Source of the DNA: a virus
Taxonomy: Duplodnaviria; Caudoviricetes
Length of the DNA stretch: 64,000 bases
IMG/VR virus record: IMGVR_UViG_3300028048_000004
Location: 6,958-70,957 of that record
Reading direction: 5' to 3' (one strand)
The position numbers were made by a program, and so were the translations under genes. The notes beneath the pieces were generated by a model that had not been told where the DNA came from, did not search any database, and saw nothing but the letters and a program-made list of their open reading frames with translations. Below, in pieces: positions 25,127-33,734 of this stretch (its first letter is position 1; every line of letters begins with the position of its first letter).

Positions 25127-25415
25127 TCTGTCTCTCCCATTCTAATTTCTTCTGGCTTAACTTTGTCTGCTGTGTTCTTAAAGTAGCAAGTTTCTTTTTA
25201 TATCTATCCGGGTAACAAAGGTGAATAAGTTCTTCGATCTGTCTAACATCAAAATCAATGCCACCATAATCTGCTCTCAACTCGGCGGACTCAAACAATC
25301 TGTCCATAAACAAATTAAACTTTGTATTTTCGGATTTGATCTGATTATAAGATCCTGTTGACAATAGCACTGTGTTTTCTTTCATTTCCATAATTTTCCT
25401 CCTGTATATTTCCAT
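25119..25415 (-). CDS. Hypothetical protein
   Basis: ORF track. Confidence 0.5.
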   Translation of the reverse strand: MEIYRRKIMEMKENTVLLSTGSYNQIKSENTKFNLFMDRLFESAELRADYGGIDFDVRQIEELIHLCYPDRYKKKLATLRTQQTKLSQKKLEWERQNG

Positions 25416-25506
25416 ATACTAAATCCTATCTCCGGCATCTTCATGCTCCGTTCCTATACTAAGATACATTTCTTTCATCCACTCTTCATGTTCTTCCATC
25501 TCTACT

Positions 25507-25764
25507 TCAAGTTTTTTCAACTCTTCTATACCTAACTTCATCCTTCCACCTCTTTATGCGTTGACTCCTATCTTTATTTGCTCCTAAGCATCTACTTGAA
25601 TATACTCGTATAAAATGTTTACCGGATTTCCACGCTTCTGTTGCTGATATTCTTTTTGAACACTCTGCATGGGCAAGAAAATAATCTAAATCCCATTTAT
25701 CTTCAAAATTAAAAATCATGTCTTTATATTGAGCATAAGTAGTATGACTCCAAGCAAATCCCAT
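25507..25764 (-). CDS. Hypothetical protein
   Basis: Coupled to the dnaB stop. Confidence 0.5.
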   Translation of the reverse strand: MGFAWSHTTYAQYKDMIFNFEDKWDLDYFLAHAECSKRISATEAWKSGKHFIRVYSSRCLGANKDRSQRIKRWKDEVRYRRVEKT

Positions 25765-27065
25765 TAGAACACATCCTCCTTATCTCCGCTAAACTGCTTT
25801 TTTACTTCCCGAACTTTTCTTTCGGTTCTTTGACGTGGTTCTGCATCATCGTAAGATGGTACAAAAACAAAATCCCCTGTATCAATATCCCACTTATAAC
25901 TTAACTTTCCACCAACAGCACCGAACCGCTGTTTCTTAACTTGCATTTTTAAGATGCCATCTTTTGTCTGTCTAATTGCTATAACCTTACTAGCATTGTG
26001 AGATATCCCGTCACTATCCCGAATCGTTTCAAGAGCCGGTGTATCATCACTATCCTCTTCCTGCACACCGCTTCGATTTGCTTGTACTACAATAAGAATT
26101 GGAACTTTAACTTCCATTGACAATGCCATTAGATCTTCACTAATGTTTGTTAGTGTAGTTGTTTTATTATCACCCCTCCGGTATCTCTCATCTGTCATAT
26201 ATGTAATACCGTCTATAGCAACTAAATCCAATTTATACTGCTGTATCCAGTTCTTTAATTTTGTAACTGTAATCTTCCGATCAAAATCATTTGGTGTAGC
26301 AACCATAAAAGAGTTTTTAGTTTCTTTTAAATCTCTCAAATAGTCTGCATAAGCAGTTTCATCAACATCATCCTTTCCCCACATTAACCCACGATTGCTA
26401 AAATTCTTGTACAGGGTATCAAATCTGTACCCGATACTACTAGCACCCATCTCAGGACTTATATATCCAACGTTATATCCAATCTGCCACACATGAGTAC
26501 ACATCTTTTCAAGCACCCACGACTTTCCCTGATTAGTGCGGGCAAAGATAACAAACAACTCTTCTTCTCTCTGGATACCGTGAATTAAATCATCCAACTC
26601 TTCAAATCCACAAGTAAAAAACCAGTCTGTCTGATGCTCCTTGCGCTCCAAAAATTGTGTGTACCTATCCTCTGCGTCCGATATAATATTCACACCACCC
26701 AATCTATAATTTGGCTGTAAATCCTTTAACGCATGTACCATGTACTCTGCGGCCGCATTTGCATCTGTCTTTAACAGTTCTGCAACCTTCTGTACAACTG
26801 GGACTGACTTATAATAAAGATATTCCTCACGAATTGTATCAACAAGGTATCTGTCCGACTCTGTGACCTCTACCAAATCAATTTCTGGAAACTTCGACAA
26901 AAACGTTGCTTTATCAGGCACACCACCATACTCTTTGTTGTGCTGTAAAATAAACTGATATTCCTGCTCATATCCTACAAAATAATCTTCTGTAAGAAGA
27001 TTATCTTCGATAATGGATAAATCTTTGGTTGATAAAACTTTTGACAAAATCTGGAGGCTTACCAT
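25764..27065 (-). CDS. dnaB: DnaB-like replicative helicase
   Basis: FARTNQGKSW; ISPEM; VAIDGITYM; VVQANRSG; DSDGISHNAS. Confidence 0.9.
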   Translation of the reverse strand: MVSLQILSKVLSTKDLSIIEDNLLTEDYFVGYEQEYQFILQHNKEYGGVPDKATFLSKFPEIDLVEVTESDRYLVDTIREEYLYYKSVPVVQKVAELLKTDANAAAEYMVHALKDLQPNYRLGGVNIISDAEDRYTQFLERKEHQTDWFFTCGFEELDDLIHGIQREEELFVIFARTNQGKSWVLEKMCTHVWQIGYNVGYISPEMGASSIGYRFDTLYKNFSNRGLMWGKDDVDETAYADYLRDLKETKNSFMVATPNDFDRKITVTKLKNWIQQYKLDLVAIDGITYMTDERYRRGDNKTTTLTNISEDLMALSMEVKVPILIVVQANRSGVQEEDSDDTPALETIRDSDGISHNASKVIAIRQTKDGILKMQVKKQRFGAVGGKLSYKWDIDTGDFVFVPSYDDAEPRQRTERKVREVKKQFSGDKEDVF

Positions 27066-27715
27066 TCTGCCCTCCTGTCTTTACCTTTAAATTCAATTCG
27101 TGTTGATGTGTTCCAAATTCTGCTCGCTAACCTATCACCAACGGCAAGTTCCAAAGCAGATTGACTTGTTATATTACCTGTATAAATGTTAGATAATCCA
27201 CTTGACACCCGGCTGTCAATGATAATAAGTAACTGCTGCCGGTCAAAATCCGACAATTTTGTGCTTGCTATATCATCCCACACAACTAAATCTACGGTTT
27301 CCAACGTACTTTTCAACACTTCATGTGATTTACTAAAATCCTTCAGTGTGTTAAAAAGTGTTGGTACGTGTTGAAAATATCCCCTAACCCGAAAACCATT
27401 TCCTGCCCAAATGCTATCAAAATATTTCAGTAATAACTTTAAAGCCCAACTTGTCTTTCCATTTCCAGTGTATTCACTGTAGATATAAAGAGACTCTCCA
27501 TTATCCACAAAATTCTGAATATCCAAACGAATTTTATCCAATTCCAAAAACGCTTTCAAGTCTCGATCTCCGTTTAAAGATGTCGGATACTGTTTTTTCT
27601 TTGGTATTCCACTCTCATCCATCAGATACTTCATCTCAGCGTATCTAATACAATTAATACAATTATCATAAGTACAAACATATTTATACCAACAATCTTC
27701 GTTTCTTAAAACCAT
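27059..27715 (-). CDS. DnaC/IstB-like helicase loader ATPase
   Basis: YSEYTGNGKTS; VVWDDI; GLSNIYTGN; GDRLASRI. Confidence 0.85.
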   Translation of the reverse strand: MVLRNEDCWYKYVCTYDNCINCIRYAEMKYLMDESGIPKKKQYPTSLNGDRDLKAFLELDKIRLDIQNFVDNGESLYIYSEYTGNGKTSWALKLLLKYFDSIWAGNGFRVRGYFQHVPTLFNTLKDFSKSHEVLKSTLETVDLVVWDDIASTKLSDFDRQQLLIIIDSRVSSGLSNIYTGNITSQSALELAVGDRLASRIWNTSTRIEFKGKDRRAEW

Positions 27716-28551
27716 ACACGCTCACCCCGTGCGATCCTGTTCTCTCTTTCTTTCTCTATCTGCTGTTTTTCTTCATCTGTATATGTATCACACTTTACAC
27801 CCTTTTCCCACGGCTTCTCTTTTACTGAATAATTTCTAACAAATTCGTTATCTGTCAGCTCATAAAAATGTTTCCAGCCTCTAATTGTACTTGTATTAAC
27901 AATTTCCCAAGCTAATTTTACATCTAATTTGCCGTCTTTGATTGCCAACTGTTTTAACTCAGCTAACAAATGTGTCCACATACCATAATAAAATGATTTG
28001 CCTTCATCTCTTGCCATCTGTAAACGTAATTGTAAAAAATTTTCCAATTCACTTCTCAAATCTTTGTCAGATGTAAATGTTTGAATTGATGTAACACACT
28101 TTGTATACAGATTTTCCTTTTTAGATTTTTGTTTGCCAAACTCAAATTCTGTAGTAGTATCTTTAGATACTACTTTTTCTTTTTTACTAGTTGTTTGTTT
28201 ACTAGTATTATTAAGTAAAGTTTCTTTACTACCCCCTCGTAAAGTTTCTTTACTACCCTCGTAAAGTTTCTTTACTACCTCAAGATTTACCCAATATACA
28301 TTTGGATTAACAAAATCATCGAATCCTTCTTTATTCAAATACTGTTTATCCACAAGATTTTGAAGCGCCTTATCTACGGTTGGTAATGATATATTAAAAG
28401 TATTTGCTATGTATTTTCTACCGCCGTAGAATTTAGAAACTTCGTCTTGCGAGAATCCATAAATAAGAGCAAAAATTAAAAGTTCATTTCCCTTTAGTTC
28501 AAGTTCGTTACACATCCATCCGTGAATAATTACACTATTTGTCGATTTCAT
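27706..28551 (-). CDS. Replication initiator with N-terminal HTH
   Basis: LKGNELLIFALIYGFSQ...YIANTFNISLPTVDKALQNLVDK; internal iterons; upstream of loader and helicase. Confidence 0.75.
   Translation of the reverse strand: MKSTNSVIIHGWMCNELELKGNELLIFALIYGFSQDEVSKFYGGRKYIANTFNISLPTVDKALQNLVDKQYLNKEGFDDFVNPNVYWVNLEVVKKLYEGSKETLRGGSKETLLNNTSKQTTSKKEKVVSKDTTTEFEFGKQKSKKENLYTKCVTSIQTFTSDKDLRSELENFLQLRLQMARDEGKSFYYGMWTHLLAELKQLAIKDGKLDVKLAWEIVNTSTIRGWKHFYELTDNEFVRNYSVKEKPWEKGVKCDTYTDEEKQQIEKERENRIARGERVWF
28215..28279. repeat. Three 19-bp direct repeats, candidate origin iterons
   Basis: GTAAAGTTTCTTTACTACC at 28215, 28239 and 28261, flanked by an AT-rich stretch inside the initiator gene. Confidence 0.7.
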
Positions 28552-28750
28552 TAAAAGTCTCCCAATAAACAAATAAGTCTATACATTTACAGCCGCTACT
28601 CAGTAAATGTATAGACTTGTTAGCCTGTTCTCCGTATGAGGTATCTTTTGCAAGCACTGTAGCGGAGTGCAAGCTAACCTATTTGTTCTCTATCTATTAC
28701 CAGTAGATAAAGAGTGTATTAATGTTCGAAAGGACTCAGAACTAATACTC
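28552..28750 (-). ncRNA. Structured 5' leader of the initiator with a kissing loop
   Basis: Perfect 16-bp hairpin at 28575-28618 whose loop GTAGCGG complements loop CCGCTAC of an upstream hairpin. Confidence 0.6.
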
Positions 28751-28754
28751 TTTA

Positions 28755-28783
28755 ATTTTACTATATACGCTCATTTGTGTCAA
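28755..28783 (-). promoter_or_regulatory. Promoter of the replication operon
   Basis: TTGACA-17-TAAAAT. Confidence 0.7.
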
Positions 28784-29011
28784 CTATTTTTTACTAAAGG
28801 ACTTTAAGATATCTTCGATTTGTGCATCTACTTCTGTATTGCATGTGTCCCAGAGTTTCTTTCTTTCCTCTTCTACTACATCATCCGGGTCAAGTGACCG
28901 CTCTTCACAGTATTCAACCGTGTAAAAAGAGTCTGCTACTTTTACGGATGCCCTACTCGTTGCCCGAATTGTCGTTATCGTCATTCCTACTCCTCCACAT
29001 TGCATATCCAA
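28784..29011 (-). CDS. Hypothetical protein
   Basis: ORF track; probable start MTITTI. Confidence 0.55.
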   Translation of the reverse strand: MDMQCGGVGMTITTIRATSRASVKVADSFYTVEYCEERSLDPDDVVEEERKKLWDTCNTEVDAQIEDILKSFSKK

Positions 29012-29083
29012 TCAATCCTGCACACAGGATAAATTCAACACCGACCGTTGCTAAGACACCGGCCCAAAATTCCGGTATGTACA

Positions 29084-29488
29084 TCAATTTTCCTCCTTCT
29101 CTGCATCTTTTACTTTCGTCACTCTAAGCTGTACCACTTCTTTGGTTTCTTTCGCTCTATCCATTTCCAATAAAATCTCATCCGGAATTTTATTGTTATA
29201 GATAGCGTTTTCAAGCGCATCATAATCAATGTACTCTTTTGTTTTTACAATTTCTGATATACCGTACTGGTGGGCAATTTCAAGAAGCATTGCTTCATTC
29301 ATTGTTTCTCGAACAGATACAGAATAGCTTGCCTTGTAACTACCGGCAGTATATTTCTGTACGGAAAAGTCTTTCATGATAGCTTTAATCTGAGCATTTT
29401 CTTTATCACAGATTTTCTTATAACTATCCAATTCATTTTTGTTTGCCGCATACTGCGGAATTAATTCATCAAGATCATTCAGTTTCAT
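29084..29488 (-). CDS. Hypothetical protein (coiled coil, Gam/Gp157-like context)
   Basis: ORF track; family assignment uncertain. Confidence 0.45.
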   Translation of the reverse strand: MKLNDLDELIPQYAANKNELDSYKKICDKENAQIKAIMKDFSVQKYTAGSYKASYSVSVRETMNEAMLLEIAHQYGISEIVKTKEYIDYDALENAIYNNKIPDEILLEMDRAKETKEVVQLRVTKVKDAEKEEN

Positions 29489-29780
29489 TCTTTTTCTCCT
29501 CCTTCTTCTTATAATACTTCTGAGTCACTGATCCCATAATTCCGTTTCGTCCTTGTGGAATTTTGTGCTTAAATTCTAGCAATTTCCAGATGTCTGACTC
29601 TCTCCAGTATCGAGTCTGTCTACTTCCCATCTGTATAAAATCCGGTAGCATTTTTGCATATTCGTTTCTTGGATTTTCTCGTTTAAACCAATACCAATTA
29701 TTGATTGATTTCGAGGAACTACCAATAATAACAGCTACCTCTTCAATTTTTAACAACCTCTCCTCTGCCATACAATACAC
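29475..29780 (-). CDS. MerR/AlpA-like HTH DNA-binding protein
   Basis: LLKIEEVAVIIGSSSKSINNWY...RYWRESDI. Confidence 0.65.
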   Translation of the reverse strand: MYCMAEERLLKIEEVAVIIGSSSKSINNWYWFKRENPRNEYAKMLPDFIQMGSRQTRYWRESDIWKLLEFKHKIPQGRNGIMGSVTQKYYKKKEEKKNETE

Positions 29781-29820
29781 CTCCTATTCCATATAATCAC
29801 ATCCTTTGTACAGAGATTAT

Positions 29821-29865
29821 TTGTTGTACTACAATGATTATACATGTAGTACAACAAACTGTCAA
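29821..29865 (-). promoter_or_regulatory. Promoter overlapped by a 13-bp perfect inverted repeat (operator-like)
   Basis: TTGACA-17-TATAAT; TTGTTGTACTACA-11-TGTAGTACAACAA at 29821-29857. Confidence 0.75.
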
Positions 29866-29869
29866 TATG

Positions 29870-30952
29870 TCAACCAACAAGAAAATCAAGTAAATCTGCT
29901 TTGTTTACTGCAATCTTACCATCTACAAGTGCATCTGCCATCATTCCTTTTTTCTCTACAAGCTGATTAATACGTTCATCAATCGTATCTTTGCAAACAA
30001 GGGTGTAAATAGTAACATTCTCTTTGGTTCCTACACGGTGGCATCTATCCTCTGCCTGTTCTTTGTTTGCACGGTTCCACGGTTCATCCATGAAGATTTC
30101 AATTGTACCTGCGGTTAACGTAAGACCTGTACCCATAGCACCGATTGTACCTACAATTACATTACAAGTTTTATTTTTCTGGAATGTTTCTACCATTACC
30201 TGTCTTTCTGTATCATTCGTTTGTCCAGTAATTACAGCGGGGGAATATTTAATCAGTCTTGCACAAACGGCATCCGTCATCTGTGTCCAGTTGCTAAAGA
30301 TAACAACCTTCTTTCCATTTTCTACAGCTTCCTCAACAAGTTCTTCCATTCTATCAAGTTTAGCGGACTCTTTAATCGTAGAAGAAAGAATACCTGTATA
30401 ACCAGTTGCTTGACGCATACGAATAAGTTCAGCAAGAGGATTATTCGCCATCTTAATCTGGTCGATATTCATCTTAATCTCCGCTGTAACTTCATCATAA
30501 ATCTGCTTCTGCTTCGGAGTCATTTCAACGTATTCTGTAATATGTGTTTTCTCCGGAAGATCAAGAACATCATTCTTTAATCTTCTAAGCATGATTTCAT
30601 TAAGCTGTGCCTGAAGTTCATCGAGATACTTATATCCTACAACTTCATATCCACCGTATCCACCGAACATACCATAATGTTTCTTGAATGCGTAGAATGC
30701 GTGTTTTTCATATCCCAACCACTTCAGAATGATATACAGGTCAAACGGGTTATTCATAAGTGGTGTACCAGTCATTGCAATTCTACATTCTGGCTGAACT
30801 TTAAGAATACCTTTACCCTGCTGAGAAGTCGGGTTTTTACAGTTATGTGCAAGTATTCCTTCTGCGTAGTAATTATGGTTATCTTCAACTTCTATATCAT
30901 AGGTAAGAAATGATATATCCTCTACTGTTCGTTTAGATATGAGTTTAGCCAT
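29870..30952 (-). CDS. SNF2 helicase C-terminal half preceded by a 37-aa IntC
   Basis: MAKLISKR...YDIEVEDNHNYYAEGILAHN|CKNP; then TGTPLMN, LRRLK, QAEDRCHRVG. Confidence 0.9.
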   Translation of the reverse strand: MAKLISKRTVEDISFLTYDIEVEDNHNYYAEGILAHNCKNPTSQQGKGILKVQPECRIAMTGTPLMNNPFDLYIILKWLGYEKHAFYAFKKHYGMFGGYGGYEVVGYKYLDELQAQLNEIMLRRLKNDVLDLPEKTHITEYVEMTPKQKQIYDEVTAEIKMNIDQIKMANNPLAELIRMRQATGYTGILSSTIKESAKLDRMEELVEEAVENGKKVVIFSNWTQMTDAVCARLIKYSPAVITGQTNDTERQVMVETFQKNKTCNVIVGTIGAMGTGLTLTAGTIEIFMDEPWNRANKEQAEDRCHRVGTKENVTIYTLVCKDTIDERINQLVEKKGMMADALVDGKIAVNKADLLDFLVG

Positions 30953-31988
30953 TTTCTAAATTCTCCTTTATCAATCTGTTCATGTGTACATCATCATAAC
31001 TTGTTAAATCTTCGGCTCTAACCCAGCCACGATTTTTGGTAAAGAATTTGTGTCCTTTTGTACACTTTATAGTTTTAATTCCATCATCAGTTTCAAACTG
31101 TAACTCTAACAACTGTTCTGCTACGATATTTTCGTGCCAATCTACAACTCGTTTCCACTCATTTTTTCCAGTAGTTTCATTATAAGATAATACTGAACAA
31201 CTAAGTTGATCTTTAACGATGTCACCAATTTTCAATGTACCGATGTCTGTTGTTATCAATGTATCATAATCAAAACACTTATGTATTTCATCAATCGCCA
31301 CAAGTCCAATCGTACCATCCTTACAAAGTTTCTGAAGTTCTTTTACAACTTCCTCATTTCTAAGTGTTTCAACATTAGTAATAAGGAAATACGGATTAAT
31401 GTTGTCAATGTTCTGTAAGTCTTCTACTCTATCTGCTACTGAACCAACTGTGAGTTTTCCGGCTTTATATCTCTGTCCTAAAATCCATACTTCCTCATTA
31501 CTATGGGTATGGATTTCATTTAACCAGTTCCATTTCAGTCCGTTGACTCCACAAACAATCAGACAGTGTTTATAACCCTTCTGCAATTTTTTTGCAACTG
31601 CAATATCAATGACCTGTTTTGTTTTGCCCAGACCCTGCTCATCACCGAGCAACCATCTATCATTGTTAAGCCCATATTCAAACCCTTCGATCTGATGCTG
31701 AAACGGAGTCGTTTTAAATTGAAATCCGGCCGGCATTTCCAATTTTTTCTTCTCTTCAAATGCTTTCCAGTTACCATAAATTTTAAAATTCTGCTGTGGA
31801 AGTGCATCGATGAGAGGTTTGAAATACTTAAACGGAAGTTCCCACTCTTTCTTTTCCTTATCCCAAAATCTAGACGGAAACTCTCTTATGGCTTTTATTA
31901 TAGCTTCCTCATACGGAAAGGTCACATACAGTGACCAATCCCCGTTACATTTTTTAGCTATATCAACTCGAATATCAATCATGTGCAT
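30945..31988 (-). CDS. SNF2 helicase N-terminal half fused to a 110-aa IntN
   Basis: GDEQGLGKT (Walker A); IDEIHK|CFDYDTLITT (intein block A); CTKGHKFFT (block B TxxH). Confidence 0.9.
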   Translation of the reverse strand: MHMIDIRVDIAKKCNGDWSLYVTFPYEEAIIKAIREFPSRFWDKEKKEWELPFKYFKPLIDALPQQNFKIYGNWKAFEEKKKLEMPAGFQFKTTPFQHQIEGFEYGLNNDRWLLGDEQGLGKTKQVIDIAVAKKLQKGYKHCLIVCGVNGLKWNWLNEIHTHSNEEVWILGQRYKAGKLTVGSVADRVEDLQNIDNINPYFLITNVETLRNEEVVKELQKLCKDGTIGLVAIDEIHKCFDYDTLITTDIGTLKIGDIVKDQLSCSVLSYNETTGKNEWKRVVDWHENIVAEQLLELQFETDDGIKTIKCTKGHKFFTKNRGWVRAEDLTSYDDVHMNRLIKENLENG

Positions 31989-32011
31989 TTCTCCTTTCTG
32001 CTTATGTAAAC

Positions 32012-32040
32012 AGTATACTACATGATTAATCTATTGTCAA
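32012..32040 (-). promoter_or_regulatory. Sigma70-type promoter for the helicase
   Basis: TTGACA-17-TATACT. Confidence 0.75.
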
Positions 32041-32051
32041 TACCTTTTTAA

Positions 32052-32083
32052 ATAAAAAAGAGATACATCACTGCATCTCTTTA
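32052..32083 (-). terminator. Intrinsic terminator ending the late/accessory operon
   Basis: AAAGAGATG-cagtgatg-TATCTCTTT followed by a T-tract. Confidence 0.6.
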
Positions 32084-32439
32084 ATCATTTGTTTGATTAA
32101 CTGCCGTTCTTTCTCTGTGTCGGTACAACTAAATAGTGTCTGTAAAAATTCTTTTATCTCTTGACAGAGTTGATTCATATTTATATATACAGCATCTTCT
32201 GTGGTTTCATGTAACTGATATTTTCGTTTGGTGTCTATATAAGTTAGATATGTTGGAAGTATATCATTTAATTCTTTTGTGGTGCTATCGTAATTATTCG
32301 ATCCTAATAGATGTGATTTTACATTGTATAGCGCTGATAAATTTCTTATGTTAGATAAGGAAGTTTCTCCATTTTCCAACTCATCGATTAAATCGTTAAT
32401 TGTCGATATGTTTATCATAGCGTATAACCCCTTTACCAC
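32068..32439 (-). CDS. Hypothetical protein (accessory block)
   Basis: ORF track. Confidence 0.6.
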   Translation of the reverse strand: MVKGLYAMINISTINDLIDELENGETSLSNIRNLSALYNVKSHLLGSNNYDSTTKELNDILPTYLTYIDTKRKYQLHETTEDAVYINMNQLCQEIKEFLQTLFSCTDTEKERQLIKQMIKEMQ

Positions 32440-32476
32440 CGTTATATAGGGAGGGAATTAACCCTCCCTATATAAT

Positions 32477-33247
32477 TTACTGTCTTTCCAGTTTGTCAAC
32501 ACACTGCTGTAATGTACGCCGTTCTTTTTCTGACGGAGCATCGTCCATCATATCTTCAAGTTTTCCGATCATGCGCTGTTTATCCATTGCACGACTGTAT
32601 CCTCTATTACTGCTGTCACGACTCACATATCTGCCAGTTCTCTGATCACGTCCTCTACGATAAGAGTTGTCGTTAGACGCATCCATAGAACCATCGTAGC
32701 TTCCGTCATAACTTCCATCGTATGAACCATCGTAAGCACCGTCATACGCACCATCGTAAGCACCGTCATAAGAACGATTGTAAGAGTTGTCTCGACTATT
32801 ACCACGTCCGGTTCCCCTTACACCACGTCTGGTACTGTTGCCACCATCCTGTGACTGCAATTCATGCATAGAACGATTTTCCATATCCTGATTCCAAATC
32901 GGCCCATATGAATTACCGGTATTCGACATATCCATACTACCACCGTACATAAACCACGGATAGTGAGTAGACTGTCCATCATTAGAACCGTTCGTATCAT
33001 AAGAGCCTCTGCGGTTACTCATGTTGTAACTGTTCATAGACTGTCCACCACGCTGTGACTGACCACCTTGACCCTGTTTCTGCTGTTCTTCTGCTTTCTT
33101 CATAGCTTCTTTTGTTTCGAAGTCTAAACAGATTGCAGATGCTTTATACAGATTATCAAGTTCCTGCGGAGTTATGTCTCCTTTTTTAACGATCTTTTTA
33201 ATCTGATCTTCCAGAATCTCCTTAACCGCTTCATAATTCTTTTCCAC
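32477..33247 (-). CDS. Low-complexity G/S/N/Y-rich protein with YDG[AS] x7
   Basis: Translation; helical N- and C-terminal caps. Confidence 0.7.
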   Translation of the reverse strand: MEKNYEAVKEILEDQIKKIVKKGDITPQELDNLYKASAICLDFETKEAMKKAEEQQKQGQGGQSQRGGQSMNSYNMSNRRGSYDTNGSNDGQSTHYPWFMYGGSMDMSNTGNSYGPIWNQDMENRSMHELQSQDGGNSTRRGVRGTGRGNSRDNSYNRSYDGAYDGAYDGAYDGSYDGSYDGSYDGSMDASNDNSYRRGRDQRTGRYVSRDSSNRGYSRAMDKQRMIGKLEDMMDDAPSEKERRTLQQCVDKLERQ

Positions 33248-33265
33248 TTGACATACCTCCTTTCT

Positions 33266-33721
33266 TTAAGCTATTCTACTGATTACCAGATTTGCGTTCT
33301 GGACATCAATCACTGGCGCCGGTGTCACGGTCGGATCAGTTGTTGCGGCTACATGTTCTACAGCTAAAGAGAAGCAACAACCCTTCGGAACTTTAATGAT
33401 GGCAGTGCTTGTCACATTGCCGTATTCATCTACTGCCGCAGGTGTATAGATTGCTCTCGATGTGACTTTAGGTTCACCGTTAATAGTGATTGCCACAGCT
33501 ATCGGAGTAACAGTGCCACCCTCTGGGATGGCAATGTTACCATTGAATGTTACCTGATAGGTAGCAAAACACTGATTACAGGTGATACCACGGAGAATAA
33601 AAATTCCAGTTTCGTCCTCGTGGTATACCCAACCACGATTACAAGGAATAGAAGCACTGAACAGGATAGGTGCATTGAGGGCAACTTCCTGTATTGGATT
33701 TGCTAAATATTCTGCCGCCAT
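33266..33721 (-). CDS. Beta-rich hypothetical protein (BclA C-terminal/C1q-like by inference)
   Basis: NPIQEVALNAPILF...YQVTFNGNIA...VQNANLVISRIA. Confidence 0.5.
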   Translation of the reverse strand: MAAEYLANPIQEVALNAPILFSASIPCNRGWVYHEDETGIFILRGITCNQCFATYQVTFNGNIAIPEGGTVTPIAVAITINGEPKVTSRAIYTPAAVDEYGNVTSTAIIKVPKGCCFSLAVEHVAATTDPTVTPAPVIDVQNANLVISRIA

Positions 33722-33734
33722 ATCGTCACCTCCA

